Source: Saprospiraceae bacterium (lineage in GTDB: Bacteria > Bacteroidota > Bacteroidia > Chitinophagales > Saprospiraceae). Taken from it: a stretch of DNA of 64,000 bases. The first letter of the stretch is position 1. The number at the start of each line of letters is the position of its first letter. The notes beneath the pieces were generated by a model. It did no database searches, was not told the DNA's origin, and saw only the letters and a program-made list of their open reading frames with translations. The stretch lies in the NCBI GenBank assembly GCA_043772905.1, contig JAYVFS010000301.1:2522-66521 (forward strand), written 5' to 3'. A program made the position numbers and the translations under genes. This document shows, piece by piece, positions 9,480-17,854 of this stretch.

Positions 9480-9918
9480 ACGATTAGGGTAGTGGCATCG
9501 GCTTTTGTTATCAAAGCTTGACGGTCGCAATCACCCCCACCATAACTATAATGTAAAGAACGCGTCTACCCATCAACTGTAATACTGCGTTTTCCGGGGA
9601 CTATCCAAGGACAGATTGTTTTGTGAACGATGGGCAACTCAATAACGCTGCTATAAGATTTATCTTTTCGATTAACACCTGAACAATTGCCCGAAACAGA
9701 CCATATATCATCTAACTGTGTGCGTGTCAAATAACCTTGTGTGCGTGTAACGATATGCGTTGCAGTCCAAGTTGTTGTCTCTCTATTCCCAAAGGTGATT
9801 TTCGTATCTGTTGCAGTGCGTGTATAAGTTGGTTGACTGCTGCTGAGTCCTGTGTTTTTCCAAGTTCGTGTACCTTCAATTTTGGTACTGTAAAGTCACT
9901 ATTATACATTACGGACAC
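9480..9918 (-). pseudogene. Possible remnant of a degraded gene
   Basis: A minus-strand frame of about 115 codons has no usable start (..TRTWKNTGLSSSQPTYTRTATDTKITFGNRETTTWTATHIV..SITVDG). It continues after an in-frame TAG (TRSLHYSYGGGDCDRQALITKADATTLI). The ORF-track ORF 9727..9918 is in a different frame of the same stretch. Confidence 0.25.
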
Positions 9919-10005
9919 AGTTGCATTAAGTTTCGAAAGTGTGTCACTAAAATTAATAATTATTTTTTTTTAACAAACCATAGTTTCTATAACGTCAGAA
10001 CTCAA

Positions 10006-10013
10006 TAACTTTG
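10006..10013 (+). promoter_or_regulatory. -7 promoter box TAACTTTG
   Basis: TAnnTTTG match ending 5 nt before the pyrR ATG (10019). Confidence 0.4.
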
Positions 10014-10018
10014 CCCCA

Positions 10019-10570
10019 ATGGAAAATACGCGCATCATATCTGAAGGTACTCAATTCGACTTAACAATCGAACGGCTTTGTTATCAACTTATTGAAGATT
10101 ACGATGATTTTCAAAATACCTGTATCATTGGCATACAAACAGGCGGTGTTCAGTTGGCAGAACGTTTGATTGAAAAATTAGACGATATACTGAGGGGTAC
10201 TGATATTCCTTTTGGCAAACTCGATATTACTTTTTACAGGGACGATTTTAGGACTTCTTTCAAACCGCTTGCAGCAAACGTCAATGATATGCCCTTCATT
10301 ATTGCCAATAAAAAGGTTATTTTGGTTGATGATGTCTCATACACAGGGCGTTCCGTGCAAGCCGCTTTGTCTGCCTTAAATCATTATGGTCGCCCAGAAT
10401 CCATTAAATTACTCGTCTTGGTTGACCGTCATTTCAACAGGCAATTGCCGATTCAACCCGATTATATAGGTATAAGCATTGATGCCTTAGACGAAGCCTA
10501 TGTCAGAGTTGATTGGGCAACAGAAGAAGAGGCAGATAAAATCTTACTTTTTCCTCAAAAACAAAATTAA
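10019..10570 (+). CDS. pyrR: Bifunctional pyrimidine operon regulator / uracil phosphoribosyltransferase
   Basis: 183 aa. Collinear PyrR features: GIQTGGV, DITFYRDD, and the PRPP loop VILVDDVSYTGRS. Confidence 0.9.
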   Translation: MENTRIISEGTQFDLTIERLCYQLIEDYDDFQNTCIIGIQTGGVQLAERLIEKLDDILRGTDIPFGKLDITFYRDDFRTSFKPLAANVNDMPFIIANKKVILVDDVSYTGRSVQAALSALNHYGRPESIKLLVLVDRHFNRQLPIQPDYIGISIDALDEAYVRVDWATEEEADKILLFPQKQN

Positions 10571-10571
10571 A

Positions 10572-10664
10572 AGTTATAAGTGAAAAGTGATAAGTAATAG
10601 TGTATCGCTTTTCACTTATAACTTATAACTTATAACTTATCACTTATAACTTATCACTTATAAC
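10572..10664. repeat. Hairpin (16-bp arms) followed by seven tandem heptamers TTATMAC
   Basis: AGTTATAAGTGAAAAG (10572-10587) pairs with CTTTTCACTTATAACT (10608-10623). The heptamers TTATAAC/TTATCAC run x7 from 10616 to 10664. Confidence 0.85.
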
Positions 10665-10698
10665 GCAGTCGTAGTTCCTGCGTGTAAAAAATTAAAAC
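10664..10698 (+). promoter_or_regulatory. Candidate preQ1-I riboswitch aptamer
   Basis: 5-bp stem CGCAG/CTGCG, loop UCGUAGUUC, then an A-rich tail UGUAAAAAAUUAAAAC. It lies 10 nt upstream of the queD ATG. The layout and loop closely resemble the Thermoanaerobacter (CUGGG-UCGCAGUAAC-CCCAG-UUAACAAAAC) and B. subtilis aptamers as I recall them. Confidence 0.4.
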
Positions 10699-10707
10699 AC
10701 ACCTATC

Positions 10708-11127
10708 ATGGTTTATCTCACACGTGTCGAACGGTTCAATGCCGCGCACAAACTTTGGGTCGCTGATTGGAGCGCAGAAAAAAACATCGAAGTTTTCGGA
10801 AAATGTTCAAACAAAAACTGGCATGGTCACAACTATACCTTGTTTGTAACTGTTAAAGGACAGCCGCATCCGCAAACAGGTTTCATCATTGATGCCAAAA
10901 AATTGGGCAAACTCATCAAAGATGTTGTGACCGAAAAATTGGATCATTCTAATCTGAATTTGGACGTTGATTTTATTCCAAAACACCTCCAACCGACGAC
11001 TGAAAATATGGTCATCCTAATTTGGCAACAACTGGAACAGTACATTATAGCTGAAGGCGCACAGTTACATTGTGTTAAATTGGTAGAAACAGAAACCATT
11101 TTTGCGGAATATTATGGGGAAGCATAG
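10708..11127 (+). CDS. queD: 6-carboxy-5,6,7,8-tetrahydropterin synthase (6-pyruvoyl-tetrahydropterin synthase family)
   Basis: 139 aa. FNAAHKL ... CSNKNWHGHNY ... LDHSNLN are the PTPS/QueD motifs. Confidence 0.85.
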   Translation: MVYLTRVERFNAAHKLWVADWSAEKNIEVFGKCSNKNWHGHNYTLFVTVKGQPHPQTGFIIDAKKLGKLIKDVVTEKLDHSNLNLDVDFIPKHLQPTTENMVILIWQQLEQYIIAEGAQLHCVKLVETETIFAEYYGEA

Positions 11128-11236
11128 TCTCTAATAGTGAGTAAGCAAAGCTATTTGTTTATGCTAAAATAATCTTAAACTATTTAAAATCAATAGTTTG
11201 TAGTAATACTTACACTGCAAATGCCCACAACGACAC

Positions 11237-11854
11237 ATGACATCTACTGATTTTACAAATTATTCAAAAGTGGAGAAATACAACAAAGAAACGACGCAAG
11301 ACATTGCGGATTTTTATACTGACATACTAAGCAAATTAGGGGAAGACCCTAATCGTGAAGGTTTGGCAAAAACACCTGAACGTGTCGCAAAAGCCTTACA
11401 ATTCCTCACGAGTGGCTACAAACAAGATGCAGCTAAAATACTGAGGGGGGCTATGTTCAAAGAGGATTACAGCGAAATGGTCATCGTCAAAGACATTGAA
11501 TTGTATTCTATGTGTGAACACCACATACTGCCGTTTTTTGGCAAAGCGCATATAGCCTATATTCCCAATGGTTATATCGTTGGATTGTCAAAAATTCCAC
11601 GTATTGTTGATGTTTTTGCCCGCCGTTTGCAGGTTCAGGAGCGATTGACGCAACAGGTTCTTGATTCTATTCAAGATACGTTACAACCTTTGGGTGTGGC
11701 AGTCGTCATTGAAGCTCGCCACATGTGTATGATGATGCGCGGCGTTCAAAAACAAAATTCTGCAACCACAACGTCTGCGTTCACAGGCGTTTTTAAAGAT
11801 GATGAAAAAACAAGAAATGAGTTTTTAAAGCTTATTTCATCACATTTACATTGA
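11237..11854 (+). CDS. folE: GTP cyclohydrolase I
   Basis: 205 aa. [20 protein letters not shown] and [23 protein letters not shown] are highly conserved FolE blocks. Confidence 0.9.
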   Translation: MTSTDFTNYSKVEKYNKETTQDIADFYTDILSKLGEDPNREGLAKTPERVAKALQFLTSGYKQDAAKILRGAMFKEDYSEMVIVKDIELYSMCEHHILPFFGKAHIAYIPNGYIVGLSKIPRIVDVFARRLQVQERLTQQVLDSIQDTLQPLGVAVVIEARHMCMMMRGVQKQNSATTTSAFTGVFKDDEKTRNEFLKLISSHLH

Positions 11855-11945
11855 TTGGTGGGTTGGTTATTGGTTATTAGGGATTGGTTATTCATACTAA
11901 TCCCTAATAACCAATAACTAATCCCCAATAACCAATAACCAACAA

Positions 11946-12287
11946 ATGAGTAAAAAAATACGCACGGGTGTTGTTTATTCAACGAATCCAGATTTCGATT
12001 ATCAATACGAAAATACTGAGGGGGTAGCTGAAGACTTGCCAAAAGGGCAACAAAAACTCCGTATCCATCTCGAAAGATTGAAAGGCAATAAAGACGCAAC
12101 CGTCATACGGGGCTTTGTTGGTACAACTGAAACATTAGATGCTTTGGGCAAAATGCTGAAAACAAAATGTGGCGTAGGCGGTTCAGTCAAAGACGGTGAA
12201 GTGTTGATACAAGGCAATCAGCGCGACAAAGTGCTGCAACTGCTTATAACTGAGGGGTATAGCCAAACAAAAAAAGCAGGTGGTTGA
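11946..12287 (+). CDS. yciH: SUI1/YciH-family translation initiation factor
   Basis: 113 aa. LERLKGNKDATVIRGF ... KCGVGGSVKDGEVLIQGNQRD matches the SUI1 fold signature. Confidence 0.85.
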   Translation: MSKKIRTGVVYSTNPDFDYQYENTEGVAEDLPKGQQKLRIHLERLKGNKDATVIRGFVGTTETLDALGKMLKTKCGVGGSVKDGEVLIQGNQRDKVLQLLITEGYSQTKKAGG

Positions 12288-12353
12288 GTATCAATAATGC
12301 ATTTTTGTCATGCTGAACACAGTGAAAGCATCTAAATTGACTAATTTTTCAAC

Positions 12354-12391
12354 AAAGACGATAAGACACCTTGTGGAGTCTTATCGTCTTT
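12354..12391 (+). terminator. Intrinsic terminator after yciH
   Basis: 14-bp stem AAAGACGATAAGAC/GTCTTATCGTCTTT followed by a T-rich tail. Confidence 0.6.
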
Positions 12392-12446
12392 GTACTTTTA
12401 GTCTTAGAATCTTATTTTTATTTACTTTACCAAAATTTTCTTTCTA

Positions 12447-13790
12447 TTGAAAATTCAATTTGAAAAATATATAATTGACAATCAATTGTTTACAAAAAAC
12501 GATAAACTACTCGTTGCCGTAAGTGGGGGAATGGACTCTGTTGTTTTATGTCAACTTTTGTACCTCAATGGCTATCATTTTTCAATTGCGCATTGCAATT
12601 TTCAATTACGTGGTGAAGAATCTAATGCCGACGAAACGTTTGTAAAAACATTAGCAGACAATTGGAAAGTACCTTTTTATTCAAAGAAATTTGATACCAA
12701 GCAGTATGTTTTGGAGAATAAAATCTCAACACAAGTGGCTGCGCGTGACTTGCGTTACACATGGTTTGAAGAGTTGCGCAATAGCTTAAATTATGACTAT
12801 GTATTAACGGCACATCATGCTTCTGACAATATCGAAACTGTTCTTTACAACTTCGCAAAAGGCTCTGGATTGTTGGGTTTAACAGGCATAAAACCTAAAA
12901 ACAAAGCCATAGTTCGCCCGCTTTTATGGGCAAAAAGAGAGGAAATTGAGTCGTTTTTAAAGACTGAAAACCTGCCGTTTCGAGAGGATTCTTCCAATGT
13001 TTCCGATAAATACGCACGAAATAATATTCGGCATCATATCATTCCTGTTTTCAAACAACTCAATCCCAATTTTGAAACAACCGCAAACGAGACGATTAAA
13101 CGGCTGGCTGAAACACAGGAATTATTCGATTTTTTTATCCAAAATATAAAAAAAGAAATAGCACATTTATTTGATAATCAACTGTTTATTGATAAAAATA
13201 AACTAAAAACATACCCCTCAGTATCAACGGTACTTTTTGAGTTATTAAAGGAATTTGGTTTCAATAATGACCAAGTTGCGAAAATATTAAAAGAAGATGA
13301 TTTCAAAATTGGGACTTTGTTTTACACTCAAACGCATAAATTATTGATTGACCGTACGCATTATATTGTAGCACCACAAACAGAACAAGTAGGAAAAGAA
13401 GTATCGGTTATAATTCAAAAAGAAGATATTTCAATAAAAGGCAACGATTTTGAACTCATTTTAAATCATTTTAAGGGAAAACAAAGCACATTTTCTGAAA
13501 ATCCAAATATTGCTTTATTTGATGCTGATAGGCTTTCGTTTCCCTTAATTTTGCGAAAATGGCATGAAGGTGACCGTTTTCAACCTTTAGGTATGGGCGG
13601 AAAAAGCCAGTTGTTGAGTGACTTTTTCAGGCTTCAAAAATTGTCCATTTTTGACAAAGAGAAAGTGTGGATTTTAGAAACAGCCCACAAGCAAATTTGT
13701 TGGATTGTTGGTTTTCGGATTGATGAAAGATGTAAAATTACTGAGGGGTCAAAATCATTTGTCAACATTGAAATTAAATTGTTTCATTGA
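12447..13790 (+). CDS. tilS: tRNA(Ile)-lysidine synthetase
   Basis: 447 aa from a TTG start. PP-loop LLVAVSGGMDS, then AHHASDNIETVL, plus the C-terminal TilS substrate-binding region. Confidence 0.85.
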   Translation: MKIQFEKYIIDNQLFTKNDKLLVAVSGGMDSVVLCQLLYLNGYHFSIAHCNFQLRGEESNADETFVKTLADNWKVPFYSKKFDTKQYVLENKISTQVAARDLRYTWFEELRNSLNYDYVLTAHHASDNIETVLYNFAKGSGLLGLTGIKPKNKAIVRPLLWAKREEIESFLKTENLPFREDSSNVSDKYARNNIRHHIIPVFKQLNPNFETTANETIKRLAETQELFDFFIQNIKKEIAHLFDNQLFIDKNKLKTYPSVSTVLFELLKEFGFNNDQVAKILKEDDFKIGTLFYTQTHKLLIDRTHYIVAPQTEQVGKEVSVIIQKEDISIKGNDFELILNHFKGKQSTFSENPNIALFDADRLSFPLILRKWHEGDRFQPLGMGGKSQLLSDFFRLQKLSIFDKEKVWILETAHKQICWIVGFRIDERCKITEGSKSFVNIEIKLFH

Positions 13791-13862
13791 AGAGGAATAG
13801 ACGAATACCGTTTTTTCTAGTAATTTTGCTTCTGTAAAACAATCACATTTAAAATACAACTC

Positions 13863-14918
13863 ATGGAAGAAAATAAACTTAAACGCATTTTATCACTTGA
13901 TGGCGGCGGTATTCGGGGTATTTTAACAAGCAAAGTTTTAGAGGCGTTAGAAGAAAAAGTGAATGACCAATACGCTAAAAAGCATGGTGCACCCCGCGAA
14001 AAACCCATCCGTTTAGGCGAGTATTTTGACATGGTTGCAGGTACTTCGACGGGTGGTATTTTGGCGTGTATCCTACTTTGTCCAAGCGACGACGACCCTA
14101 CATATCCGAGGTTTTCAGCAAGTGAAGCCGTTAATTTATACTTGAAAAATGGGAAAGATATTTTCAAACCAACTTGGTACGGACGTTTACCCGGCTTTTT
14201 AGAAGGTATTGGCGGTTCAAAATTTGGCGATATGAGTATAGCAGATGTGCTAAAATCTTACCTAAAAGAGACCCGTTTAAGCCAAATGATGAAGCCCTGT
14301 CTTATCACAAGCTACGATATTCAAGAGCGTCAAGCTGTTTTTTTTACGTCGCATGATGCCTTAAAAAAAGAGAGTAAGGATTTTCCACTTTGGCAAGTTT
14401 GCCGTTCCACATCTGCCGCACCGACCTATTTTCCACCCGCAACAGCACGTGCTGGCGATGATTTTTTAATGCATACAATTGACGGCGGTTTGTTTGCCAA
14501 CAACCCTTCGATGTGTGCTTTTATTGAAGCTCTAAAAATATTCCGCGATGATTCGCAACGGCTGATTGGTGCAGACCGCATAATGATTGTGAGTATTGGA
14601 ACGGGCGAAATAAAGACGAAATACCTGTTTTCAGATGCCAAAAAATGGGGCGTTTTGAGGTGGGTGAAGCCAATTATTGATATTATGATGACGGCTGTCT
14701 CTGAAACGGTGGACTATCAGTTGATGAAATTATACAAAACGATAGACTGTTCTGATCAATATTATCGTATTATGCCCGAATTGGGTGATGCGAACCCTGC
14801 ATTGGACGATATTAGTGCTAAAAACTTAGAGGATTTACGACAAGCGGGCATCAAAACGGCTAATATGCATGAAGATAAATTAACAAAAATTGCTCAAATG
14901 TTGGTTGACAATCATTGA
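13863..14918 (+). CDS. Patatin-like phospholipase
   Basis: 351 aa. Oxyanion hole DGGGIRG, nucleophile elbow GTSTGG and catalytic Asp motif IDGGLFANNP. Confidence 0.85.
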   Translation: MEENKLKRILSLDGGGIRGILTSKVLEALEEKVNDQYAKKHGAPREKPIRLGEYFDMVAGTSTGGILACILLCPSDDDPTYPRFSASEAVNLYLKNGKDIFKPTWYGRLPGFLEGIGGSKFGDMSIADVLKSYLKETRLSQMMKPCLITSYDIQERQAVFFTSHDALKKESKDFPLWQVCRSTSAAPTYFPPATARAGDDFLMHTIDGGLFANNPSMCAFIEALKIFRDDSQRLIGADRIMIVSIGTGEIKTKYLFSDAKKWGVLRWVKPIIDIMMTAVSETVDYQLMKLYKTIDCSDQYYRIMPELGDANPALDDISAKNLEDLRQAGIKTANMHEDKLTKIAQMLVDNH

Positions 14919-15083
14919 ATCAACACGTATCTGATACCTCAATGTTCGGTGCAAGCAAAAAAAGCCCCGTTCTTGGATTAATCAAAAGGAAGTAACTTGA
15001 CATTACATCAATTGTGTTAATATATTTTCTGCAATTTCAAAAAAATTTAAAAAATTAAATTTTCAAATAACTTACATATTATT

Positions 15084-15341
15084 ATGCTTTCAAGTAAAGA
15101 CTACTCTAAAATGACGCTTGAAGAATTAGTGTCAGAAGAGAAAAAAATGAACGCACAAAAAATCACAACTGCTGTGTTCATAGGTGTGCTAATTGGCATT
15201 GCTGTTTATTCTGCGATACATAAAGGTTTTGCCCTTCCTATTATTTTGCTAATTTTTTCTTTTCTGATTGGTTTTAGGAATTCACAAAACATGAAGAGCA
15301 TTCAAGCGGAAATAAGCCGAAGAGATACTGTTAGTAATTAA
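15084..15341 (+). CDS. Small two-TM membrane protein (unknown function)
   Basis: 85 aa with two hydrophobic helices. No recognisable family. Confidence 0.4.
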   Translation: MLSSKDYSKMTLEELVSEEKKMNAQKITTAVFIGVLIGIAVYSAIHKGFALPIILLIFSFLIGFRNSQNMKSIQAEISRRDTVSN

Positions 15342-15436
15342 CCCCTCAGTAATGCGCACTAAACACAAACCCAATGCGGGGCAGCACAGGCGCAAGTACT
15401 TCTCGTATCCGATATGTTTTTAAACAAAAATAATAT

Positions 15437-16252
15437 ATGAAAATCACCGACATTCCAAAAATCAAACACGCCGATAGTGGCAATTTTTTCCTCATCGCTG
15501 GACCTTGTGCGATTGAAAGTGAGGAATTAGCCATTGAAATTGCAGTCCGTGTGTCCGCTATTTGCGATAAATTAAAGATTCCTTATATTTTTAAAGGCTC
15601 TTATCGCAAAGCAAATCGCTCACGAATTGACTCGTTTTCAGGCATTGGCGATGAAAAAGCCTTGAAAATTCTTCAAAAAGTAGGTCGTACTTATCACTTG
15701 CCGACGACGACGGATATTCACACGGAAGAAGAAGCGGCAATGGCAGCCGAGTATGTTGACATTCTCCAAATACCTGCTTTTCTATGTCGTCAAACGAATC
15801 TTTTAATCGCTGCTGCCCAAACGGGCAAGATTGTTAATATCAAAAAAGGACAATTTGCGAGTAGCGAAACGATGGCTCATGCGATGCAAAAAGTCATAGA
15901 TTCAGGTAACGAAAAAGTACTGTTAACTGAACGCGGAAACACTTTTGGCTACCAAGATTTGGTCGTTGATTATCGTAATATTCCAGAAATGCAGCAACTC
16001 GGCGCATCGGTCATCATGGATTGTACACATTCGTTGCAACAACCCAACTCTAAATCAGGTGTGACAGGCGGTAAGCCTGCTTTGATAGAAACGATTGCAC
16101 GAGCTGCCGTTGCCGTTGGTGTTGATGGTTTGTTTATTGAAACGCATCCAAACCCCTCAGTAGCGAAGAGCGATGGGGCAAATATGCTGCCTTTGGATAA
16201 ATTAGAAGGATTGTTAGAGAAGTTGGTCAGAATTAGACAAGCGATTCTTTGA
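15437..16252 (+). CDS. kdsA: 3-deoxy-8-phosphooctulonate (KDO-8-P) synthase
   Basis: 271 aa. Full-length collinear KdsA features: FKGSYRKANRSS-like block, LQIPAFLCRQT, DCTHSLQ. Confidence 0.9.
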   Translation: MKITDIPKIKHADSGNFFLIAGPCAIESEELAIEIAVRVSAICDKLKIPYIFKGSYRKANRSRIDSFSGIGDEKALKILQKVGRTYHLPTTTDIHTEEEAAMAAEYVDILQIPAFLCRQTNLLIAAAQTGKIVNIKKGQFASSETMAHAMQKVIDSGNEKVLLTERGNTFGYQDLVVDYRNIPEMQQLGASVIMDCTHSLQQPNSKSGVTGGKPALIETIARAAVAVGVDGLFIETHPNPSVAKSDGANMLPLDKLEGLLEKLVRIRQAIL

Positions 16253-16270
16253 TTAAGTATAGTTATTTTT

Positions 16271-16361
16271 TAGACCACAGATTGGACTGATTGAACAGAT
16301 TGTCACTGATTTAAAGAAAAAATCAGTGACAATCTGTTCAATCAGTCCCATCTGTGGTCTA
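16271..16361. repeat. Long inverted repeat (about 41-bp arms) of the GACCACAGAT..CTGAT family; bidirectional terminator
   Basis: TAGACCACAGATTGGACTGATTGAACAGATTGTCACTGATTT pairs with its complement at 16320-16361 (1 mismatch). It sits between the convergent kdsA and DUF218 genes. Confidence 0.8.
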
Positions 16362-16377
16362 TGCGGAGTCGTTACGA

Positions 16378-17148
16378 TTAAGAATAGCCTTGTATTTTAT
16401 AAACAGCATACCCAATCCATTCTTTGATGAAGACTTCCCAATTCCTAATCAAATCAGGATTTGGTATCAGCCAAGTTTGTGGTTGAAGGGTCAATCGGTC
16501 GGCTGTGAAATGCGCAGGGAAAGGTTGAGCATTGATGCCTATTTTTTTGAAACAGCCAATAGCACGTGGTATGTGAAATGCAGAAGTAAAAACCAAGGTC
16601 TTAACATTTATAAAACCTTGGTTTTCAAGGAGTCGTTTTGAGAAAACAGCATTTTCACGTGTGTTGCGCGATTGGTTTTCAATCAATAAATCTTCAGATT
16701 TAACACCAATATCAAGCAAATATTTTTGAGCTAAGTTGGATTCTGGATAAGATTCACCAAACATTTTACCGTCACCACCACTTATCAAAAGCTTTTTAAC
16801 AATGCCTCGTTTGTACAACTGTATGGCATCTGTTAGGCGATTGGCGGCAAAAGACAAGTTCAAACGGTCTTCAGCATACGTTCCACCTTTGGTATAACCG
16901 CCCAAAACGATACCGACATCAAACGTATCCCGCAATGCATTCATAGGAATCGGCTCTGCTTCCCAAGCATGAAACACCCGATTGCCTAAAAATGGATTTG
17001 TTATCAAAACTAAGAGCGCAAAGCACCCCCTCAGTATGCGCCGCTTTCGACGTGCTTTTTTAGTGAAAATGGCGAAAATGGGCAGCCCTATCAACCAATT
17101 CAAGGGTTGCAAGAGAAAATAGAGGAGTTTGGAAAGTATAAAGAACAT
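16378..17148 (-). CDS. YdcF/ElyC-like DUF218 family protein
   Basis: 256 aa. N-terminal TM helices, then the DUF218 core (VLGG ... LISGG ... TSAFHIPRA). Confidence 0.75.
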   Translation of the reverse strand: MFFILSKLLYFLLQPLNWLIGLPIFAIFTKKARRKRRILRGCFALLVLITNPFLGNRVFHAWEAEPIPMNALRDTFDVGIVLGGYTKGGTYAEDRLNLSFAANRLTDAIQLYKRGIVKKLLISGGDGKMFGESYPESNLAQKYLLDIGVKSEDLLIENQSRNTRENAVFSKRLLENQGFINVKTLVFTSAFHIPRAIGCFKKIGINAQPFPAHFTADRLTLQPQTWLIPNPDLIRNWEVFIKEWIGYAVYKIQGYS

Positions 17149-17157
17149 AATTGAGAT

Positions 17158-17784
17158 TTACCAATATGGAGAATTATTGAACAACTGCTCAATGAAATAA
17201 CTAAAAATTCTGGGTTCTAAAGCAATTGTAACAAGCATACCCGCAATAGCCCCAAAAAAGTGTGCATCGTGACCAATATTGTCATTCGAGTTGCGACTTG
17301 CCCACTGTTCATAAGCCATATACAAAACGCTGCCGACAATGGCACGGAAAGGAATAATGCCATACAAAGCCATTTCAGCCCAAGGATTGAACAAAATATA
17401 TGCAAATAAAACGCCTGAAACGCCACCCGATGCCCCTACTGCCGTATAATGAGGACTGTCCTTATGCTTGAAAAAAGTGATTAAATCGCCCGCAACAATA
17501 GATGTTAGATACATTAAAAGGAACAAAAAACTGCCAGCCATTGCGCCAAAAAGTCCTTGATATATACTTTCGACAGCTCCACCAAATTGATAAAAAACGA
17601 ACATATTGATGCCCAAATGAAGGTAATCAACGTGCAAAAAACCCGAACTTATCCAACGATAATACTCCTTGTGGCGATGTTCGATGTAGGGACTGTGCTT
17701 GAATTTATCAAAAACAGCAGGGTTGCTAAAGGCTTGCATTGAAAACAAGACAGTGACGATAACGATGATGAGCGTAACGGACAT
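17158..17784 (-). CDS. Rhomboid family intramembrane serine protease
   Basis: 208 aa, polytopic. GFLHVDYLHLGINM, catalytic GASGGVSG and a downstream H in a TM helix. Confidence 0.85.
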   Translation of the reverse strand: MSVTLIIVIVTVLFSMQAFSNPAVFDKFKHSPYIEHRHKEYYRWISSGFLHVDYLHLGINMFVFYQFGGAVESIYQGLFGAMAGSFLFLLMYLTSIVAGDLITFFKHKDSPHYTAVGASGGVSGVLFAYILFNPWAEMALYGIIPFRAIVGSVLYMAYEQWASRNSNDNIGHDAHFFGAIAGMLVTIALEPRIFSYFIEQLFNNSPYW

Positions 17785-17854
17785 ATTGAGTGATTAAAAG
17801 AGTGATTAGGTAATTGGGTGAATTTTTCACAAAACTAATAAAATTTATGAGGTG

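Noticed and set aside
10572-10664. A CRISPR array among the repetitive spacers (also 53656-53856 and 63938-63983)
   Set aside because: The repeats are either 7-bp tandem units, two-copy direct repeats or hairpin arms. There is no repeat-spacer periodicity of 25-40 bp and there are no cas genes.
13863-14918. The patatin-like phospholipase as a CBASS (CapV-type) effector
   Set aside because: There is no CD-NTase, E1/E2/JAB or other signalling gene nearby. The neighbours are tilS, a small membrane protein and kdsA.
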